This document shows positions 1-9,729 of a stretch of 63,474 bases of DNA, in pieces. How positions within the stretch are numbered: position 1 is the stretch's first letter; the number at the start of each line of letters is the position of its first letter. The position numbers and the translations under genes were made by a program. Source of the stretch: a virus. Lineage: Duplodnaviria; Caudoviricetes. The notes below the pieces were generated by a model. It saw nothing but the letters and a program-made list of their open reading frames with translations. It ran no database searches and was not told the origin of the DNA. The stretch lies in the IMG/VR virus record IMGVR_UViG_3300032177_000011, positions 1 through 63,474 of that record; one strand, written 5' to 3'.

Positions 1-127
1 AGGCCCGGTAAAAACTTCCATCGTGGGGGCCTCGACCAAGGATACGGAAGCGGCAGCCGCCCGGGTTCAGGAGGACATGAACTACCAGATTCTGGAGAAG
101 ATGCCTGAGTATCGGCCAGAGCATGAG
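1..127. repeat. 127-bp terminal direct repeat (copy 1), most likely circular assembly overlap
   Basis: Bases 1-127 are identical to 63348-63474 and lie inside the portal ORF; 127 is a common assembler k-mer size. Confidence 0.95.
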
Positions 128-2047
128 CGCATGTTGTTTAACCTTGGCCTGTCGGGTTCTGCCTTCAAGAAGGTATACAACGACCCCTCACTGCGTAGGC
201 AAGTGGCTCTGTTCGTACCCGCAGAAGATGTGATTATTCCTTATGGCGCGTCGAGTTCGCAGACTGCAGAGCGGGTTACGCATGTCATGCGCAAGACCGA
301 GAACGAGGTTCGCAAGCTGCAGGTAGCTGGGTTTTACCGGGATGTGGACCTTGGCGATCCAGTCCATATCACTACGGACGTTGAGAAGAAGAAAGCCGAA
401 GAGCAGGGCTACAGTGTCACGGACGACGACCGGTTCCAGTTGCTTGAGATTCACGTAGACTGGGATATGCCCGGGTACGAGGATGAGGACGGCATTGCGC
501 TACCATACGTGGTGACTATTGAGCGCGGCACTAGCAACGTGCTGGCTATCCGCAGGAATTGGGAAGAAGACGATGTAACCAAGCTGAAACGCCAGCACTT
601 CGTACAGTACACCTACATCCCCGGCTTCGGCGCTTATGGCTTCGGCCTGATTAACCTGATCGGCGGCTACGCCCGTGCAGGCACTTCCCTGATTCGTCAG
701 TTGATTGACGCAGGTTCGCTGGCTAACTTGCCGGGTGGCCTGAAGGCTCGTGGCTTGCGTATCAAGGGCGACGACACCCCCATCGCTCCGGGCGAGTTCC
801 GTGACGTGGATGTGGCCTCTGGGACCGTGCGTGACAACATCATGCCCCTGCCCTACAAGGAGCCTAGCCAGACGCTGCTGGCCCTGCTGAACCAGATTAC
901 AGACGAAGCCCGCCGCTTGGGCGCTATCAGTGATATGAAGATCGCTGACATGTCGGGTAACGCCCCGGTAGGTACAACGCTGGCGCTGTTGGAGCGCACG
1001 CTGAAGACCATGAGCGCAGTTCAGGCCCGGGTTCATGCGTCCATGAAGCAAGAGTTCAAGCTGTTGGCTACGATCATTGGGGACAACGCTCCTGATGAGT
1101 ATGAATACGACCCCGCTAAAGGAGATCGTAAAGCCAAGCGCGGCGACTACTCTATGGTGGAGGTTATCCCCGTCAGCGATCCTAACAGCACCACAATGGC
1201 GCAGCGGATCATGCAGTACCAAGCGGCTATTCAGTTGGCCCAAGGCGCTCCGCAGATTTACGACTTGCCTCAGTTGCACCGTCAGATGCTTGAAGTATTG
1301 GGTATCAAGAACGTTGAGAAGCTTGTGCCGGTTGACGATGACTTGAAGCCGCGGGACCCGATCAGTGAGAACATGGCGTTCCTTAATGGTAAGCCCGTCA
1401 AAGCATTCATCTACCAAGATCACGATGCTCATATCGCTGTCCACACAACGTTTATGAAAGACCCCATGATTGGGCAGACGATGGGCCAAAACCCAATGGC
1501 GCAGCAGATGATGGCGGCGACGATGGCGCATATCTCTGAGCACTTGGCCTTCGCATACCGCCGCAAGATCGAGGAGCAGATGGGCGTTACGATGCCCGCA
1601 CCTGATTCAGAGTTGCCGGAAGACGTGGAAGTTCAACTGGCCCGCCTGACGGCCCAAGCCGCGACGCAACTACTGCAACTGAATATGGCACAGGCCCAAC
1701 AGGCACAGGCCCAACAAGCGGCGCAAGACCCGATGATGCAACTCCAACAAGCCGAATTGCAACTCAAAGGCAAGGAAGTTGAGCTTAAGGGCCAGAAGAT
1801 TCAGGGTGACCTGCAGATCAAGCAAGCGGAACTGCAACTCAAAGCGCAGGAAATGGCTAGCAAGCAGGGCGAGGACCCGGCGCTGGCCCAACAACGCCAT
1901 GCGCAGACCATGCAGCAGACCCAACAAGCCCACGAGCAACAGCTTACACATGCACAACAGACTCAGCAGCAGAAGATGGCCGCAGCAGTGCAGGCCAACC
2001 AACTCAAGCAGCAGCTAGCGGCACAGAAACCTAGGACGCCAACATGA
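1..2047 (+). CDS. Portal protein, 3' part; full gene 62905 through the join to 2047, about 829 aa
   Basis: In frame with the ORF starting at 62905 across the overlap; directly follows terminase; P22-like portal character with Q-rich coiled C-terminus. Confidence 0.88.
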   Translation, partial: GPVKTSIVGASTKDTEAAAARVQEDMNYQILEKMPEYRPEHERMLFNLGLSGSAFKKVYNDPSLRRQVALFVPAEDVIIPYGASSSQTAERVTHVMRKTENEVRKLQVAGFYRDVDLGDPVHITTDVEKKKAEEQGYSVTDDDRFQLLEIHVDWDMPGYEDEDGIALPYVVTIERGTSNVLAIRRNWEEDDVTKLKRQHFVQYTYIPGFGAYGFGLINLIGGYARAGTSLIRQLIDAGSLANLPGGLKARGLRIKGDDTPIAPGEFRDVDVASGTVRDNIMPLPYKEPSQTLLALLNQITDEARRLGAISDMKIADMSGNAPVGTTLALLERTLKTMSAVQARVHASMKQEFKLLATIIGDNAPDEYEYDPAKGDRKAKRGDYSMVEVIPVSDPNSTTMAQRIMQYQAAIQLAQGAPQIYDLPQLHRQMLEVLGIKNVEKLVPVDDDLKPRDPISENMAFLNGKPVKAFIYQDHDAHIAVHTTFMKDPMIGQTMGQNPMAQQMMAATMAHISEHLAFAYRRKIEEQMGVTMPAPDSELPEDVEVQLARLTAQAATQLLQLNMAQAQQAQAQQAAQDPMMQLQQAELQLKGKEVELKGQKIQGDLQIKQAELQLKAQEMASKQGEDPALAQQRHAQTMQQTQQAHEQQLTHAQQTQQQKMAAAVQANQLKQQLAAQKPRTPT

Positions 2048-2235
2048 CTGAACTAGAAGTTTTGGAGAAGAAATTTAAGGCCCATGTGGATTACATGGCG
2101 GACTCCCTTGCAAAGGGGAGTTGTAAAGACTTTGGGGAGTACCAAAGAATGTGCGGGGTTATCTACGGTCTTGGCCTCGCACTTACCGATCTACAAGACC
2201 TGCGTAAAAACTTGGAGCGATATGAAGCCGAATGA
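2044..2235 (+). CDS. Small hypothetical protein between portal and GroES
   Basis: ATGA overlap with portal stop; 63 aa. Confidence 0.7.
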   Translation: MTELEVLEKKFKAHVDYMADSLAKGSCKDFGEYQRMCGVIYGLGLALTDLQDLRKNLERYEAE

Positions 2236-2638
2236 ATTTCTAATAAGCCACACGGCAGACCCTAAAGGGCCGGTGTCTATATTGGCGGAAAACAATGAAG
2301 CCAAAGCCAAACAGATTCCTGACCCTGTTACATACCATATTCTGTGTATGCTGCCGGAGGCAAAGGAAGAGTATGAAGGCGGAATTCTGAAATCAGAGCA
2401 AGCGCGGCACCACGAAGAGTTACTGTCCCCGGTATTGTTTGTAGCAAAACTCGGCCCTGACGCCTTTAAAGATGAAAAACGCTTTCCCTCCGGACCCTCT
2501 TGCGCAGTGGGTGACTTTATTCTTGTACGCCCTAACACGGGCACTCGCATGAAGATTCACGGCACCGAGTGGCGTCTCGTCAATGATGACTCTGTAGAAG
2601 CAGTAGTTCAGGACCCCCGCGGTATTCAGCGCCCTTAA
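2222..2638 (+). CDS. groES: GroES/Cpn10-like co-chaperonin
   Basis: EGGILK mobile-loop-like segment, VAKLGPDA, VGDFILV and RLVNDDSVEAVV match the GroES fold; start set at ATG 2222. Confidence 0.8.
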   Translation: MKPNEFLISHTADPKGPVSILAENNEAKAKQIPDPVTYHILCMLPEAKEEYEGGILKSEQARHHEELLSPVLFVAKLGPDAFKDEKRFPSGPSCAVGDFILVRPNTGTRMKIHGTEWRLVNDDSVEAVVQDPRGIQRP

Positions 2639-2647
2639 GGAATTATT

Positions 2648-3604
2648 ATGACTATCGAAAAAACTGAATTTGAATTTCCCGACGAAGTTGAATCCGTCAA
2701 ACCTCGAGTTGGCGGGCGTGTAGTAACTCCTGAGCCTGAGTCGGAGCCAGAAGTCGAGATTGTTGACGATACCCCCGAGAAGGACCGTAATCGTAAGCCT
2801 ATGGCCGAAGCGCCGGTAGACCCTACCGACGAGGAGCTAGACAGTTATTCTGATAGCGCCAAGAAGCGCATCAAGCACTTTACCAAGGGCTACCACGAAG
2901 AGCGTCGGGCTAAAGAATCCGCCCTACGTGAGCGGGAAGAAGCGGTGCGTATTGCGCAGACTATTGCGGAAGAGAACCGACAACTCAAGGGCTCGTTGAA
3001 CCAAGGCCAAACGGCACTGCTGGAGCAAGCCAAGAAAGTAGTCGCTAATGAGTTGGACGCCGCCAAGCGAGCCTACAAGACTGCATATGAGGCCGGGGAT
3101 TCTGATGCACTTGTAGACGCGCAAGAAAGTATGACCGCGGCAAAATTAAAAGCTGAAAGAGTTAATAATTTCCGGCCTACCCCTGTACAAGCTGAAACTC
3201 CTGTGGTACAACCACAACAATTCGCTGCTAATCCTCCTGAAGATCGAAAAGCAGTAGAGTGGCAGCGAGAGAATAGTTGGTTTGGGTCTGATGATGAGAT
3301 GACTAGCTTTGCGCTTGGTTTGCACAACAAACTAATCAAAGACGGTATTGATCCACAGTCCGATACCTATTATGATCGGGTTAATTCTCGTGTACGACAA
3401 GTGTTCCCAGACAAGTTCGAGTCAGAAGGAACCGCTGATGCTCCATCTCAGCGTACACAAAAAAAGAACGTAGTGGCACCCGCAACCCGAAGTACTGCTC
3501 CCCGAAAGGTCGTACTAACGCAAACGCAAGTGTCTATCGCCAAAAGGCTTGGAGTTCCCTTGGAACTGTATGCCCGTAAGGTTGCTGACGAAATGAGGAA
3601 ATGA
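2648..3604 (+). CDS. Putative capsid scaffolding protein
   Basis: Acidic N-terminus, coiled-coil core, position between portal and capsid genes; AAGGA RBS. Confidence 0.7.
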   Translation: MTIEKTEFEFPDEVESVKPRVGGRVVTPEPESEPEVEIVDDTPEKDRNRKPMAEAPVDPTDEELDSYSDSAKKRIKHFTKGYHEERRAKESALREREEAVRIAQTIAEENRQLKGSLNQGQTALLEQAKKVVANELDAAKRAYKTAYEAGDSDALVDAQESMTAAKLKAERVNNFRPTPVQAETPVVQPQQFAANPPEDRKAVEWQRENSWFGSDDEMTSFALGLHNKLIKDGIDPQSDTYYDRVNSRVRQVFPDKFESEGTADAPSQRTQKKNVVAPATRSTAPRKVVLTQTQVSIAKRLGVPLELYARKVADEMRK

Positions 3605-3606
3605 TT

Positions 3607-4059
3607 ATGGCTGAAACTATTAGACAACCACGCGATTTAGAAACCCGAGCGAAAATGGAGCGCCCCACAAAATGGATGCCGCCCCAGCTACTGCCTGACC
3701 CTAACCCGGAACCCGGCTTTGCATTTCGTTGGATTCGGATCAGTACGTTGAATAATTCCGATCCGCTTAACGTCTCTTCAAAACTTCGTGAAGGCTGGGA
3801 ACCTGTAAAGGCTTCAGACCATCCGGAAATTCGACTTATGTCTGGGCAATCTTCTCGATTCCCTGATTCGGTTGAGATCGGTGGCTTGTTGCTGTGCAAA
3901 ACACCCGTGGAGTTTGTGGAACAACGCGATGCGTATTACCGCCAACAAGCGGACGCTCAAATGAATTCCGTAGATAACACTTATATGCGTGAAAATGACC
4001 CACGGATGCCTATGTTCAAAGAACGTAAGTCCCAAGTCACTTTCGGTAAAGGTACTTAA
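3607..4059 (+). CDS. Head-module hypothetical protein
   Basis: FRWIR...LREGWEPV...IGGLLLCK segments; GAGG RBS; head operon position. Confidence 0.7.
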   Translation: MAETIRQPRDLETRAKMERPTKWMPPQLLPDPNPEPGFAFRWIRISTLNNSDPLNVSSKLREGWEPVKASDHPEIRLMSGQSSRFPDSVEIGGLLLCKTPVEFVEQRDAYYRQQADAQMNSVDNTYMRENDPRMPMFKERKSQVTFGKGT

Positions 4060-4073
4060 TTTAGGAGTCTAAG

Positions 4074-4925
4074 ATGGCTTACCCCACCGTTGATGCCCCC
4101 TACGGGCTAAAGCCGGTCAATCTGATCGGCGGACAAGTGTTTGCGGGTTCTACCCGCAATTACCCAATTCAGTATGGCTACGCCACTGATATTGGTTATG
4201 GCGACTTTGTTGCATTAAATCGCGGCAATATCGTACGCCTACCGGTCACTGCCGCAGGCGCAAGTGGTCTGGTCGGTGTTTTCCTCGGCTGTTCGTACAC
4301 GAACCCTCAGACCAAGCAGAAGTTCTTCTCGCAGAATTGGCCCGCAGGTACGTTGTCTGGTGACGCAGTAGCTATTGTTACTGACGATCCTGATACCGTG
4401 TTCAAAGGCGTTGTTTGTTCGGCTACTACCGTTGTTGGCTCCGCTAATACCGCACTGATCGGCCAAAACATTCAGATGATTAACAACGCTGTTAACCTGA
4501 GCAATGGCACCTCTACAAACGCTATCGCCGCTGTTGTTGGTGCAGGCGCTCCCGCTATCACAGGTACTTTCCCCCTGCGTGTTATGGACGTGGTTAGCGA
4601 GACTTCCACTTCCGTATCGGCAGTGGGATCATCTTCCGGCACGGCAATTACACTGACAGGCACAGGCCTTCCAAGCGCGATTCTGGCGGGCTCTGATGTA
4701 GCCTACATTACGGCTAATGGTCAGTTTGTGGAGACAGGTTCGTACGTGCAAGCCAATACGGCTGCAGGCGCTACCACTGTCAACATCAACTTGGCAATCG
4801 CCGTCCCTGGCAGCATCGTCGCAATCCCAGCAGGCTCAACCATTGTATTTACTCAGTACTCAGAGATTTTGGTGAAAATCAATCACTCTCAGCACCAGTA
4901 TTACATTGGCGCAGCAGTCGCTTAA
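4074..4925 (+). CDS. Virion protein preceding MCP (minor capsid/decoration candidate)
   Basis: G/A/T/V-rich, likely beta protein; AGGAG RBS; adjacent to MCP. Confidence 0.65.
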   Translation: MAYPTVDAPYGLKPVNLIGGQVFAGSTRNYPIQYGYATDIGYGDFVALNRGNIVRLPVTAAGASGLVGVFLGCSYTNPQTKQKFFSQNWPAGTLSGDAVAIVTDDPDTVFKGVVCSATTVVGSANTALIGQNIQMINNAVNLSNGTSTNAIAAVVGAGAPAITGTFPLRVMDVVSETSTSVSAVGSSSGTAITLTGTGLPSAILAGSDVAYITANGQFVETGSYVQANTAAGATTVNINLAIAVPGSIVAIPAGSTIVFTQYSEILVKINHSQHQYYIGAAVA

Positions 4926-4939
4926 TAAGGAGCTAAATC

Positions 4940-5851
4940 ATGGCTATTTCACGCGCACAACTACTTAAAGAACTGCTCCCCGGTCTGAACGCATTGTTCG
5001 GTCTGGAATATGCGAAGTACGGCGAAGAGCACAAGGAAATCTATGAGGTTGAGTCCTCAGAGCGTTCCTTTGAAGAAGAGACCAAACTCTCTGGCTTCTC
5101 CGCCGCTCCAGTGAAGAACGAGGGTTCTGCCATTGCTTATGACAATGCGCAGGAAGCTTGGACCGCACGATACAACCACGAAACCATCGCAATGGGCTTC
5201 AGTATCACTGAAGAGGCAGTTGAGGACAATCTGTACGATAGTCTCTCAGCCCGCTATACCAAGGCTCTGGCCCGTGGCATGGCATACACAAAGCAAGTAA
5301 AGGCTGCAACGGTCTTGAACAATGCGTTTAGCTCCGCAGTCACCTACGGTGACGGCGTGTCTTTGTGTTCTACAGCGCACCCACTGGTCTCCGGTGGCAC
5401 CAACAGCAACCGTCCGTCAGTCGCCGCCGACTTGAACGAAACCTCTTTGGAAAATGCCGTGATCCAGATCGCTGCATGGACTGATGAGCGTGGTTTGCTG
5501 ATCGCTGCTAAGCCAAAGAAGCTGGTCGTCCCCCCTGCGTTGATGTTCGTTGCAACTCGTTTGCTCGAAACTGAGAAGCGCGTTGGTACTTCCGACAATG
5601 ATGACAATGCCTTGAAGAACAATGGTTCTATCCCCGGTGGCTACACCGTGAACCACTTCTTGACAGACACAAACGGCTGGTTCCTGTTGACGGACGTGCC
5701 GAACGGTCTGAAACACTTTGTGCGCTCGCCATTGCAGAACTCCATGGATGGAGACTTCGATACGGGGAACGTACGCTACAAGGCGCGCGAGCGATATTCG
5801 TTCGGGGTCAGTGACCCTCTCGGGCTCTATGGCAGTCCCGGTTCGTCCTAA
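4940..5851 (+). CDS. Major capsid protein
   Basis: MAISRAQLLKELLPGLNALFGLEY start and DGDFDTGNVRYKARERYSFG end, typical of MCPs of abundant aquatic podoviruses; AAGGAG RBS; followed by terminator. Confidence 0.9.
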   Translation: MAISRAQLLKELLPGLNALFGLEYAKYGEEHKEIYEVESSERSFEEETKLSGFSAAPVKNEGSAIAYDNAQEAWTARYNHETIAMGFSITEEAVEDNLYDSLSARYTKALARGMAYTKQVKAATVLNNAFSSAVTYGDGVSLCSTAHPLVSGGTNSNRPSVAADLNETSLENAVIQIAAWTDERGLLIAAKPKKLVVPPALMFVATRLLETEKRVGTSDNDDNALKNNGSIPGGYTVNHFLTDTNGWFLLTDVPNGLKHFVRSPLQNSMDGDFDTGNVRYKARERYSFGVSDPLGLYGSPGSS

Positions 5852-5886
5852 GCTGTAGGCCGCATCTAGCATAGCTAGGGCGCTAT

Positions 5887-5918
5887 AAAAAAAGGGAGCT
5901 TCGGCTCCCTTTTCTTTT
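5887..5918 (+). terminator. Rho-independent terminator after MCP (possibly bidirectional)
   Basis: A-tract, GGGAGC-TTCG-GCTCCC, then TTTTCTTTT. Confidence 0.9.
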
Positions 5919-5988
5919 GTTCTTTAGAAAATAAACAAACCACGATAGGCTTTTGAGGTACACTTGGTTCGTCTAATAAAGGAACCAC

Positions 5989-7551
5989 ATGGAAATTAAC
6001 AAACGCAACAGTCCATTATTTGCTGTTGGATTGGCAAAATGGGAAAAGTTTGTGGCTGCGTACGATGGGCCGTACGGCTTGTATGGCTCGGTTTACTCGG
6101 GCATGAATCACAAGGTATCTTTCCTTTGCCCTACTCATGGCACCATGCAGATGGATGCCAAAAACATGATGGCTGGTAGGAAATGCGTGAAGTGCATGTT
6201 TGAGGAGAGGGCGGGCAAACCAAGGATTACTCAGCGAAAGATGCTGGAAAGGTTTGCAGAGGCCCATGGGAATAGATACAACTACGCGCTTGCCATTTAT
6301 AAGGCACATCAAGAGCCAGTATCAATTGTTTGCGAGAGGCACGGCAGGTTTGAACAAAAGCCTGAGTACCACTGGGGTGGGTCAGGTTGCCCAAGGTGCT
6401 TCCACGAAGACAAACGAGGCGCATCACAAAGGGATACGCTTGAAACATTTTCCGAAAAGCTGGCCTTAGAGTTTGGCTCTTTGCTGACTGTTTGCGATAG
6501 CCAATATGAAGGCACACACAAGCCGTTAAAGGTTCTTTGCACCAAGCACGATGTAACCCTAGAGACACGGCCAAACTACCTGTTAAACGGCTGGAATCCA
6601 TGCCCGAGGTGCAACCACATGGCATCCAAGGGCGAAGACGAGGTTTACCGTTTTCTTTCCAACTTAACGGAAGCCAAGCAGCGCAACAGAAAAATTATTG
6701 CCCCAAAGGAGTTGGACATCTATTTGCCTGAGCGCAAATTAGCTGTGGAGTATTGCGGCATGTTTTGGCATAGCCACGGCTCACAAGAGGAGGAGAGAAA
6801 AGACAAGCGCAAGCACCAGCAAAAATATGAACTGTGCAAGTCATTGGGCATCCGCCTGATAACACTGTGGGAGGAGGAGTGGAAAGAGCACAACTACGCC
6901 ATTCGCCGTCTTCTGCGTAATGCGGTTGGCAAGTCCAAAGGCACACTCATGGCAAGGAAGTGCGAACTGAAAAAAGTTTCAAACTCTCAGGCTAAGCCGT
7001 TCTACAAAAAATACCATCCGCAAGGCGGAGACGGCAGCGGAGAGCACTATGCGCTTTTCTGGAATGGCAAGATGGTTGCTTGCATGAGGTTTGTGTTTGG
7101 AGCCAACGACAGGGGTGGTGGCGCGGCAAACAGGACGTGGACGCTTGGCAGGTATGCCACAAGAATAAATGTTGCTGGCGCAGCTTCCCGCCTGTTTAAA
7201 GCCTTCTTGGATGAGTACAAGCCGGACGAGGTTAAGTCATTCTCAGACAACCGCTTTTTTGAAGGTGGAATGTATGAGCAGCTTGGATTCTTGATGGAGG
7301 AAGAGGTGGGGGCTGACTATCAAGTGTGGAGTCCAAAGCTTGGCATGAAACCAAAGACTCGTTACCAAAGAAGAAATCTTCAGAAGCGGCTAAACGACCA
7401 TGGACTGAATGATGTCTACGACTCTGAAACAGACCCTAGAACAGAGGCTGAAATGACCTTCATGATGGGTTGCCGCAGAATTTACGATTGCGGGAAAAAA
7501 AGGTGGGTGTGGAAGTCGAATAAGTTGCTTGCCCCCACCCCCGCTTCCTGA
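5989..7551 (+). CDS. Free-standing putative homing endonuclease with repeated Zn-ribbon modules and a Vsr/PD-(D/E)xK-like nuclease domain
   Basis: Three CxxH...CxxC modules, then ELDIYLPERKLAVEYCGMFWH; C-terminal IYDCGKKRW; inserted between MCP terminator and the next virion gene. Confidence 0.72.
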   Translation: MEINKRNSPLFAVGLAKWEKFVAAYDGPYGLYGSVYSGMNHKVSFLCPTHGTMQMDAKNMMAGRKCVKCMFEERAGKPRITQRKMLERFAEAHGNRYNYALAIYKAHQEPVSIVCERHGRFEQKPEYHWGGSGCPRCFHEDKRGASQRDTLETFSEKLALEFGSLLTVCDSQYEGTHKPLKVLCTKHDVTLETRPNYLLNGWNPCPRCNHMASKGEDEVYRFLSNLTEAKQRNRKIIAPKELDIYLPERKLAVEYCGMFWHSHGSQEEERKDKRKHQQKYELCKSLGIRLITLWEEEWKEHNYAIRRLLRNAVGKSKGTLMARKCELKKVSNSQAKPFYKKYHPQGGDGSGEHYALFWNGKMVACMRFVFGANDRGGGAANRTWTLGRYATRINVAGAASRLFKAFLDEYKPDEVKSFSDNRFFEGGMYEQLGFLMEEEVGADYQVWSPKLGMKPKTRYQRRNLQKRLNDHGLNDVYDSETDPRTEAEMTFMMGCRRIYDCGKKRWVWKSNKLLAPTPAS

Positions 7552-7557
7552 TATATT
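7529..7557 (+). promoter_or_regulatory. Candidate sigma70 promoter
   Basis: TTGCCC, 17-nt spacer, TATATT with extended TGn; overlaps the endonuclease stop codon. Confidence 0.5.
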
Positions 7558-7566
7558 GCAGGTATT

Positions 7567-7641
7567 CCGGGGAATCCGGTACATCAAACAGTCCCGGCTG
7601 ACTGACATGCAAGATTGATGTACTTCAAACGCATGTAAGGA
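7567..7641 (+). ncRNA. Candidate structured 5' leader RNA with interlocked pseudoknots
   Basis: CCGGG 7567-71/CCCGG 7593-97; GTACATCAA 7579-87/TTGATGTAC 7615-23; ACATGC 7605-10/GCATGT 7631-36 next to SD AAGGA. Confidence 0.55.
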
Positions 7642-7648
7642 AAACATC

Positions 7649-8176
7649 ATGGCTTTCGCAACACACCTTGGCCCTTGGATGCTCGGCACCGTAAAAGAAA
7701 CTACGGGCACTACTTCGGGCACCGTCCGTAATACGGGCCTGACTAATACCTTTCAAACCGTCAAATTGAATCTGGTAGGTGCTGTTTCTGGCACGCCTAT
7801 TCGAATTGCGGCGCTCCCTGCTGGCGCACACATCATCAACGTTATTGTCGATACCTTGACTACACTGTCAGGCACGGTTACCGCCGCTACATTGACGGTT
7901 GGTACTGCAACTACCGCAGACCTGTTCTTCCCCGCTACCACGATCTTGGCCGCAGGACGCCAGAATGCTACCTTGACGGCTACGCAGTTGACTGCATACG
8001 CAGGCGTGGCCTCTGCAGCCTCTCCAAATGGTATTGGCGTGGGTCCTACAGACGTTATTGTGATCGCAACCCCAACGTTTACTACAGGCTCTCCTAGCAC
8101 TGCAGGTATCATCCAAGTCACTATCGGCTATCTCGTAGCGAATGACAACGGTGCAACCGCCCCTGCTTCTGCGTAA
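7649..8176 (+). CDS. Virion structural protein (capsid decoration/fiber-like)
   Basis: T/A/G-rich, 175 aa; AAGGA RBS; followed by terminator. Confidence 0.65.
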   Translation: MAFATHLGPWMLGTVKETTGTTSGTVRNTGLTNTFQTVKLNLVGAVSGTPIRIAALPAGAHIINVIVDTLTTLSGTVTAATLTVGTATTADLFFPATTILAAGRQNATLTATQLTAYAGVASAASPNGIGVGPTDVIVIATPTFTTGSPSTAGIIQVTIGYLVANDNGATAPASA

Positions 8177-8183
8177 GCAATCC

Positions 8184-8206
8184 GAGGGGCTTCGGCCCCT
8201 TCTTTT
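8184..8206 (+). terminator. Rho-independent terminator
   Basis: AGGGGC-TTCG-GCCCCT followed by TCTTTT. Confidence 0.85.
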
Positions 8207-8223
8207 CAGCTTAAGGAGCCATT

Positions 8224-8481
8224 ATGGGTAAGCAAACTAACTATAGTCCGACGTTTCCTATGTATCCGGGCGGGGCTACGGCTGTTACGCTTAGCGATAC
8301 AGTAAACCTTGCAACTCCATCGGTAATTTACGTAGGCAGTGGCGGTAACGTAAAAGTTACTACCGCACAGGGTGATGACGTAACCTTCACAGGTATGTTG
8401 TCAGGTAGCATTATCCCAGTACAGGTTATTCGGGTATGGGCTACGGGCACTTCGGCTACCAGTCTGGTTCGGGTGTACTGA
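8224..8481 (+). CDS. Small virion protein (spike-base-like)
   Basis: IYVGSGGNVKV...GSIIPVQVIRVWATGT; AAGGAG RBS. Confidence 0.65.
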   Translation: MGKQTNYSPTFPMYPGGATAVTLSDTVNLATPSVIYVGSGGNVKVTTAQGDDVTFTGMLSGSIIPVQVIRVWATGTSATSLVRVY

Positions 8482-8482
8482 T

Positions 8483-9727
8483 ATGTCATTCGGGTTTGGC
8501 TTTGGGTTCCCCAGCGTGGGCGCTACCGGGACGGTGCCCACACTATCCTTGCCTTTTGCGGGGGCTACCACTCTTGACCCTCGTATCGCATTTACCCGGT
8601 CCTCTAGTGGTACCTATATAGATAGCAGCGGGATTATACAAACGGCTAGTACCGATGTACCCCGCCTAGATTACAGCCCCACTACCCTAGCGCCATTAGG
8701 CTTGCTGATTGAGGAACAGCGGACGAACTTGGCACTAAACTCAGGCGAGGTATTAAGTGGTGGGACTGGAGGTGTGGTCGTTGCTAATCAGATTACGGCA
8801 CCTGACGGCAGCTTGGCTGATTTCTTTCAAGAGGACACAAGTAGTATTGAGCATTATGCGGGTGACAGAGTTGTGACCGTTACTGCTGGAACCACATATA
8901 CATGGTCGTTTTATGCCAAGCTTGGGTTGACAGGGGAGGTCCGGCGTGTGTGCGTGAGAACTGGTAGTCAAGGCCCAGCGAGTGTTGTTTTCGATCTTGA
9001 AACAGGTAGCAGTACTGTAATTTCAAGTGTTGTTTCTTCCGGCATTAGTTCTGCTGGAAATGGCTGGTTTCGTTGCTGGATTGTGTACACAGCAACCGGC
9101 ACAGGAGGGGCTGTGTTTCGTCAGCAATTAGCAAAAGGCACCAACACTGTTTACACAGGTGACGGCACCTCAGGCCTATTTTTCTGGGGAGCCCAACTTG
9201 AAGTAGGGGCGTCCCCAACGAGCTACATCCCCACCGTAGCCAGCCAAGTCACCCGCACTGCCGACATTGCCTTGATGACAGGGACTAACTTCAGTAGCTG
9301 GTACAACCAGACTGAGGGGACTTTTGTTGTGACCGCAAGGGATGTATCAAACCCCTTGGGTGTTATGGCAGCAACAGATGATGGCACATCAGCGAACCGC
9401 AATAGTATTTTTCTTGCGGGCGCTACAACAGCGGTTAGCTTTAGGACAACTGTTGCTTCGGTGGTAGTCTCAGATATTGCCGTGGGAACGATAGTCAGCG
9501 GTGCGGCGTTTACTATTGCTGCGGCCTACAAGATTAATGACTTCGCTGCAACCCTTAACGGCGCTGCGGTAGTAGTGGACAGTCTCGGGGGTGTACCGCT
9601 AGGCCAAACGACCCTAAGGATTGGGGCCGATGTAGCTAATACGGCGTTTATCGGGGGCCACCTACAACGTCTGACCTACTACAACACCCGTCTGACCAAC
9701 GCTGAACTTCAAACAATTTCTAGCTAA
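8483..9727 (+). CDS. Head spike/fiber protein with lectin (ConA/LamG-like) domains
   Basis: FTRSS...PRLDY...GLLIEEQRTNL, WGAQLE..PTSYIPT..VTRTAD and YYNTRLTNAEL segments typical of phage fiber proteins. Confidence 0.7.
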   Translation: MSFGFGFGFPSVGATGTVPTLSLPFAGATTLDPRIAFTRSSSGTYIDSSGIIQTASTDVPRLDYSPTTLAPLGLLIEEQRTNLALNSGEVLSGGTGGVVVANQITAPDGSLADFFQEDTSSIEHYAGDRVVTVTAGTTYTWSFYAKLGLTGEVRRVCVRTGSQGPASVVFDLETGSSTVISSVVSSGISSAGNGWFRCWIVYTATGTGGAVFRQQLAKGTNTVYTGDGTSGLFFWGAQLEVGASPTSYIPTVASQVTRTADIALMTGTNFSSWYNQTEGTFVVTARDVSNPLGVMAATDDGTSANRNSIFLAGATTAVSFRTTVASVVVSDIAVGTIVSGAAFTIAAAYKINDFAATLNGAAVVVDSLGGVPLGQTTLRIGADVANTAFIGGHLQRLTYYNTRLTNAELQTISS

Positions 9728-9729
9728 TT

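Noticed and set aside
500-1543. 347-aa antisense ORF and similar shadow ORFs (12321-12947, 40692-41357, 54993-55655, 62914-63471)
   Set aside because: Antisense to well-supported genes, no recognisable motifs; explained by codon bias
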